From: Octopus bimaculoides
Lineage: Eukaryota
Direction: 5' to 3'
DNA length: 64,000 nt
NCBI RefSeq assembly: GCF_001194135.2
Contig: NC_068987.1
Location: 61,570,294 to 61,634,293 of the forward strand
The position numbers and the translations under genes were made by a program. The notes beneath the pieces were generated by a model. It made no database searches, had not been told where the DNA came from, and was given only the letters and a program-made list of their open reading frames with translations. Positions 59,010 to 64,000 of the stretch are shown here, piece by piece (position 1 is the stretch's first letter; the number at the start of each line of letters is the position of its first letter).

Positions 59010-59027
59010 CGTACGTACATACATATA
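58302..59027. repeat. (TACA)n/(TGCA)n microsatellite blocks
   Basis: Runs at about 58302-58400, 58745-58800, 58880-59027. Confidence 0.9.
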
Positions 59028-59490
59028 TAACTTAACCACATGTTTACAAACACCAGGAACTCTCTTTACACAAAAAGTCTTGTTTTGTTCATGACCGGCT
59101 TGAACTCTCTCAAGAACAACTTAAATAAAATTCTATGGAAAGTTATGTGTGGTAAGTAGCTTGCTTACCAACCACATGGTTCTGGGTTCAGTACTACTGT
59201 GCAAGTGTCTTCTACTATAGTCTCGGGCTGACTAAAGCCTTGTGAGTGGATTTGGTAGATAGAAACTGAAAGAAGCCCATTGTATGTAAATGTATATGTT
59301 TGTATGTCTATGTTTGTGTGTCTGAAAAGAAACAGCAATTTTAGCAAAACATATTAAGCAACACTAATAATAAAACAATAAGGATAGAAATAAACAAGCT
59401 ATCGATGGTTTTATAGATATTTCAAAATTATGATGCTATGATAGAAGGTGTTTCCATTATTTTGTCCAACCGCTATATATATATATGTGT

Positions 59491-59536
<46 letters not shown>

Positions 59537-60129
59537 GTGTGTCTGTGTTTGTTTCCCCACCATCACTTGACAACTGATGTTGGTGTGTTTACGTTCCCGT
59601 ATCTTAGCAGTTCGGCAAAAGAAACTGATAGAATAAGTACTAGGCTTACAAAGAATAAGTCCTGGGGTTGATTTGTTCGACTAAAGGTGTTGCTCCAGCA
59701 TGGCCACAGTCAATTGAGTGAAACAAATAAAAAAATAAAAGAATACATACATATATACATGCATACACACACATACATATACACGTACACATGTGCACAT
59801 GCGCACACACATGCACACACACACACACACACACGCACACACATTTAAAAAAACTATGAAGGGTAGATTAGCAAACCATATTGGTTTGCCATAACGTAGA
59901 TAAATCTTGCTGCCAAGAATAAAAACACTGACTTAGCAGAAAACTGTAAACTCAATGCTTGCCTAAACATTATGTATTAATTGTATACAAACTATCTCAA
60001 CCAATTCCTCTAAGACCATTGTGAGTTTAAGAATGTAGTGATTGGTAAATTGGATGGTGGAAAGATAAATAAATTTTGAGAAATAAAGCTATGCTTTCTG
60101 AGAAAGAAAATACAACAGAAAACTTTGTG

Positions 60130-60415
60130 AAAATATGGTTTGATTACAGAAAGGCAATTCTATTTTCCACTCATGGCTGCTGAAATCACAGCAGTTGTTA
60201 TATGCCTTCTGCATCTCTTGCTGTCTTTGAAAGGATCATATTAATCTGGTCAACAATCCTCACATTTGTAAATGAAAACAGAACAATTGTCTCTGATGTT
60301 ATAAATATTTGAAAAGGAATATTTCAAGGAGACAGTTTGTCTGTGCTTTTGTATATTTTGACACTAAACCTGCTGCTATTTCCTTTACAAACATCCACTG
60401 ATTATGTGTTAAGGT
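60130..60415 (+). mobile_element. R4/Dong-like non-LTR RT fragment
   Basis: IWFDYRKA..HSWL and WSTIL...KGIFQGDSLSVLLYILTLN match WIDYKKAFDSVPHSW and GIFQGDSLSPL motifs. Confidence 0.7.
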
Positions 60416-61230
60416 CTACAACAGCAAGAAGCACTTTCATAAAGCCTAATTTTTTTTTGGTGGTTGTAGTGGTGGGGGTATAATCTAAAGTTCTATGCTT
60501 GAAATATTTACAATGCTGAGAAACAGATAGATTTAATCATATTTTCTGCTGATTTACAGATGGAATTTGACCCCCAAAATATTCATATTTGACAGTTGAG
60601 CATGGAAAATACTGCTTGCTAAATCACCAATTTTTGTATTATTAGTTTCTGTCTCCCCCTTTTCACACAAGGAATGTTACACACACTCATACATACATGC
60701 ATGCACGCACACACACACACACACACATACACATACACACATATGTGGTCAAATTTGTGTGTGTGTGCATGCATGCATTGTGTAGAACAGGAAATTTTGA
60801 AACTATTACAAAAATTTGGGGTTTTGCAAGCAATTTTTTCCAAGCTCAACTGTCAAATATGAACATACAAAATTACATACATATATACACACACATATAT
60901 GTACATATACATTCATATAATAAGTTAAAAACATTATAAATGTACAAACAAATGGGTAACAGACACAAGGTCATCAACTCCTCATCAGTTATTGGCCAGA
61001 GGGTCAAATGCAATTTTGGGCTATATGGTAATATTGGATCCCCATCTGGTGGTGCCGGTGGTGAAAATACCAAGCCAAAAAAACAAGACAGAAAATGAAA
61101 GCCAGACAAGAAATAAACGACTATGTGATATAGAAAGTTAACATAGAAATGTGAAATAAATATAGTTCAAGACAAGACAATTAATGAACGAATGAGGGAT
61201 AGAGAGGAAAACAAACAGGATGGCTGTGGG

Positions 61231-61870
61231 CAGGACTGGATTTAAACCATGGGGCAGGGGGGGGGGCACTTTAAGTTTGGTGGGTCCCTTATACACAAGA
61301 ATTAAAATCTTAGAAAATTACCAAATTTGAATCTCAAAACCCATCTATTTCAAATCATTGAATTTCTTGAAAGATGTGGTCTTGTAAATAATATTACAAT
61401 ATTAAGGGCATCGTGTAGATGTGCACTTAACTGTTTTGCAAGTAAGTGTTACTGGTGTTATCACACAGTGTATACAAAATACAGAATTTATTAAATAGGC
61501 AATAAAACCTCTGTATCTACTAACCATGGAAGGAGTACTGTCATTAGCACAAGCTATTATATTTCTGAGGGGAATATTATGCACCTCGAAATAAGTTACG
61601 TCTTTGAAAATTGTTTTGTCTTTAGTGTTTGTTTTAAGACATCTGGCAAAAAGAATTTCCTTTCTGAATTCATAACCATCCCAAAAACGACCATATGCCA
61701 ATAAAATAGTTTTACTATCTCTCAGGGTAAATTCATCAGGTTGAAGAGGGAATTTCTGTACTTATAATTTGGCTACTAGTTGCTTTTCTACATCTTAGCA
61801 ATTTCATCAATGCACCGTGGCACAAATGAGTTACTTAAAGGAATCTTACAAATAATTTCATTAGCATTTT
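61231..61870 (-). mobile_element. hAT (Buster/Charlie-like) transposon remnant
   Basis: IPLSNS...IDEIA, LQPDEFTLRD..ILLAYGRF, ILFARCLKT, IPLRNIIACANDSTPSMV.RYRGFIAYL, CIHCVI; terminal caggactggatttaa at 61231. Confidence 0.85.
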
Positions 61871-61974
61871 GTTTCATAAATGAAGAAACTATGACAGATA
61901 CCACTGTCTTCTACTATAGCTATGACAGATACCACTGTCTTCTACTATAGCTTCGGGTGAACCAAACCCTCTCC

Positions 61975-62184
61975 ACACTGCTGATGCTATCCAACGGAAC
62001 AGCAAAGGCTGATACAGCATGGCACGAGTGATGTCACCACTCATTTCTATAGCTGAGTGAACTGGGGCAACATGAAATGGAGTGTCTTGCTCAAGAACAC
62101 AACACACAACCCAGTCCAGGAATCGAATCCACTACCTCATGATAGTGAGCCTGATGCTCTAACCACTGAGCCACATGCCTTCAC
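61975..62184 (-). mobile_element. tRNA-derived SINE family C, second copy
   Basis: Reverse complement of gtgaaggcatgtggctcagtggttagagcatc...ttgtgttcttgagcaagacac. Confidence 0.8.
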
Positions 62185-64000
62185 ACATGTATATCATAGT
62201 AATACATTGTCCCATGTACAGCATAGTAATATATCTAACCAACTATTTACCCTGTAAACCTTGGACATTTTGCTTAACCAAACCAATTTAATATTTGCAA
62301 GTATTTAAATACTGTGAGCAAAATGTTAATGTATTATCAAATTGAAGATAACTAATTTATTTGTTTGTCGATAATAAGCATTTTCTTCTCCTCTTCTCTG
62401 TTCTTACTTCTGCTGTTACTTCAAATACAGGTGATATTAACTCAATTGAACAAAATAGGTTAAAATTAGAGTCTTTTCCATTAGCTTCCATTCTGTGAAT
62501 ACTAATGAAGAATACTATCAGGTTTCCTTAAAACCTTTGCTTCCAAAATAAATTTTCTCTGTGCTAGAACAATCTTTTCTATCAATAAATTACCAATGTG
62601 TGAAGATCGATGGAAAATCCATTGTTTCAGGTTCCCAACTGAAAGAAAATAAATGAAAGTGGACTTAATTAGATAGCATATTGGAGAGATGTTGGTGAAA
62701 TTGATAGCATGTTTAGATAATTGGCTGAAAGGGATGATGGTTCTTATTTCATCACATACACCATGCTGTATTCATGACCATGACGTTTATAGCAAACAGA
62801 TTGACATATTCAATATAGTGCACCTAAAAAAAAGGAAAAAAAAAAGAAAAGAAAAACGTGCTTAATATTTAAAATTACATCAGTAATGAAAAGAAACATA
62901 ATTAAAGTTGATGATAATTGTTATCAGGAAAGGCAAAACAGATAACTCTGAAAAATCCTGATTGATTAATAAATAAACAGGAGAAAATATGTTGGTTGAT
63001 CAACTTTTGTGTTTGGTATAGTCATCAAGCTTTAAAGGTTGTGCTGCAAATGGTGAGGAATACAAATGACAAGGAGAAAAAACAAGTGGTATCTTCAACA
63101 TCAAAATTATTTAATAATTCTAATATTAACTGTTTTACAATGAATCTAGAGAATTCAATAATGAAATACAGAGATCAAGACTAAAACATAATCAAATGAA
63201 GAATGTTGTAGCCGGATATTTGTCTGTGTGAACAACCAAACTATATACAGTTATATACAATATCTTTTAGCTACTGATGCGTGTGTGTATGCGAGACAGA
63301 GTGTTGGAAGAAAGATTATTGTATGTGTAAGAGGGAAAGAGATTTGAGAAATAGTTTCATATAATGGGAATCAGAGGGACATTGTTTCCAACTGTAATCA
63401 AGGTTATCTCTGGTGAGAGCAAAAATCATGAGTTTATACAATTACTCTATAACTTTCTAGAATATTCTTTTTTGTCCTGCAAAAGTTAAAATATTTCCTT
63501 TGATACTTGCCATCTTCTATCATATCTGCAACCAAATGTGATTGGCTGTAAGATATATATATATATAATGATTATGTTTCTTCAGTCATTTGGTTTTTCA
63601 TAATTTTTTGAATTCATCCTTTCAAAGTGCCTTGTACTGTGGGCTGACCAAAGCCTTGTGAGTGAATTTCGACATTAGCACCTGTAGAGATTTATTTGCT
63701 AAACTTAAATAAAACTGTACTAATTATTACCCTTTTACTCATTTACCTGTCTCAGCAAGTAGCCATACTTTTCCATTTGCAAGCAATTTTCAGAATTTCA
63801 CAATTTACAGAATAAATTTTAGATGTCCATTCACTTTACTGAAAACTCCTAACTTTTCAGGATTATTTATTGAATATTTAGTAATCATAAGTGTATCAAA
63901 GGTTACAGGAACAAATGTAGATTTATAATCTGGCTAGAAAAGTTGTAGGTATTTAAACAGTTGTCTAAAAATGCTCTCTTTCTGAATATATTTGAATATA

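Noticed and set aside
63446-63838. Two minus-strand segments with good-looking splice sites (63446-63476 and about 63747-63838)
   Set aside because: They cannot be joined in an open frame to each other or to the 62594-62638 segment.

Overview
AT-rich, intron- and repeat-dense animal genomic DNA with 7 N-gaps (5836-5953, 24840-24849, 25570-25889, 26898-27698, 43404-43604, 46701-46885, 47511-47520). The repeat repertoire (tRNA-derived SINEs, RTE 3' ends with (GAT)n tails, long (TA)n next to gaps) suggests an octopus/coleoid cephalopod; this is inference. One protein-coding gene is well supported: a + strand SAS-6 centriole cartwheel gene. I assembled it by hand from 16 coding exons (ATG 7032 to TGA 51283; 2070 nt, 689 aa). 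All introns are GT-AG and all phases are consistent. The ORF track shows only pieces of it. The rest is mobile DNA: three tRNA-headed SINE families, many RTE LINE remnants, CR1/L2-group and R4/Dong-like RT fragments, an internally deleted maT (DD37D-like) Tc1/mariner element, a Buster-like hAT remnant, and a head-to-tail pair of non-autonomous Helitrons. There is no CRISPR array, rRNA or true tRNA gene. The most unusual structures are: a three-copy family of 'fixed leader + variable-length fold-back hairpin' elements in SAS-6 introns; the rolling-circle-type Helitron dimer; a pre-miRNA-sized 25-bp hairpin at 3208; a CRE/CCAAT/Inr promoter-like cluster with a splice donor that could feed SAS-6; and an in-frame 21-nt cryptic microexon created by a SINE head. 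Repeat boundaries are read by eye and approximate unless stated. No searches or folding computations were run.
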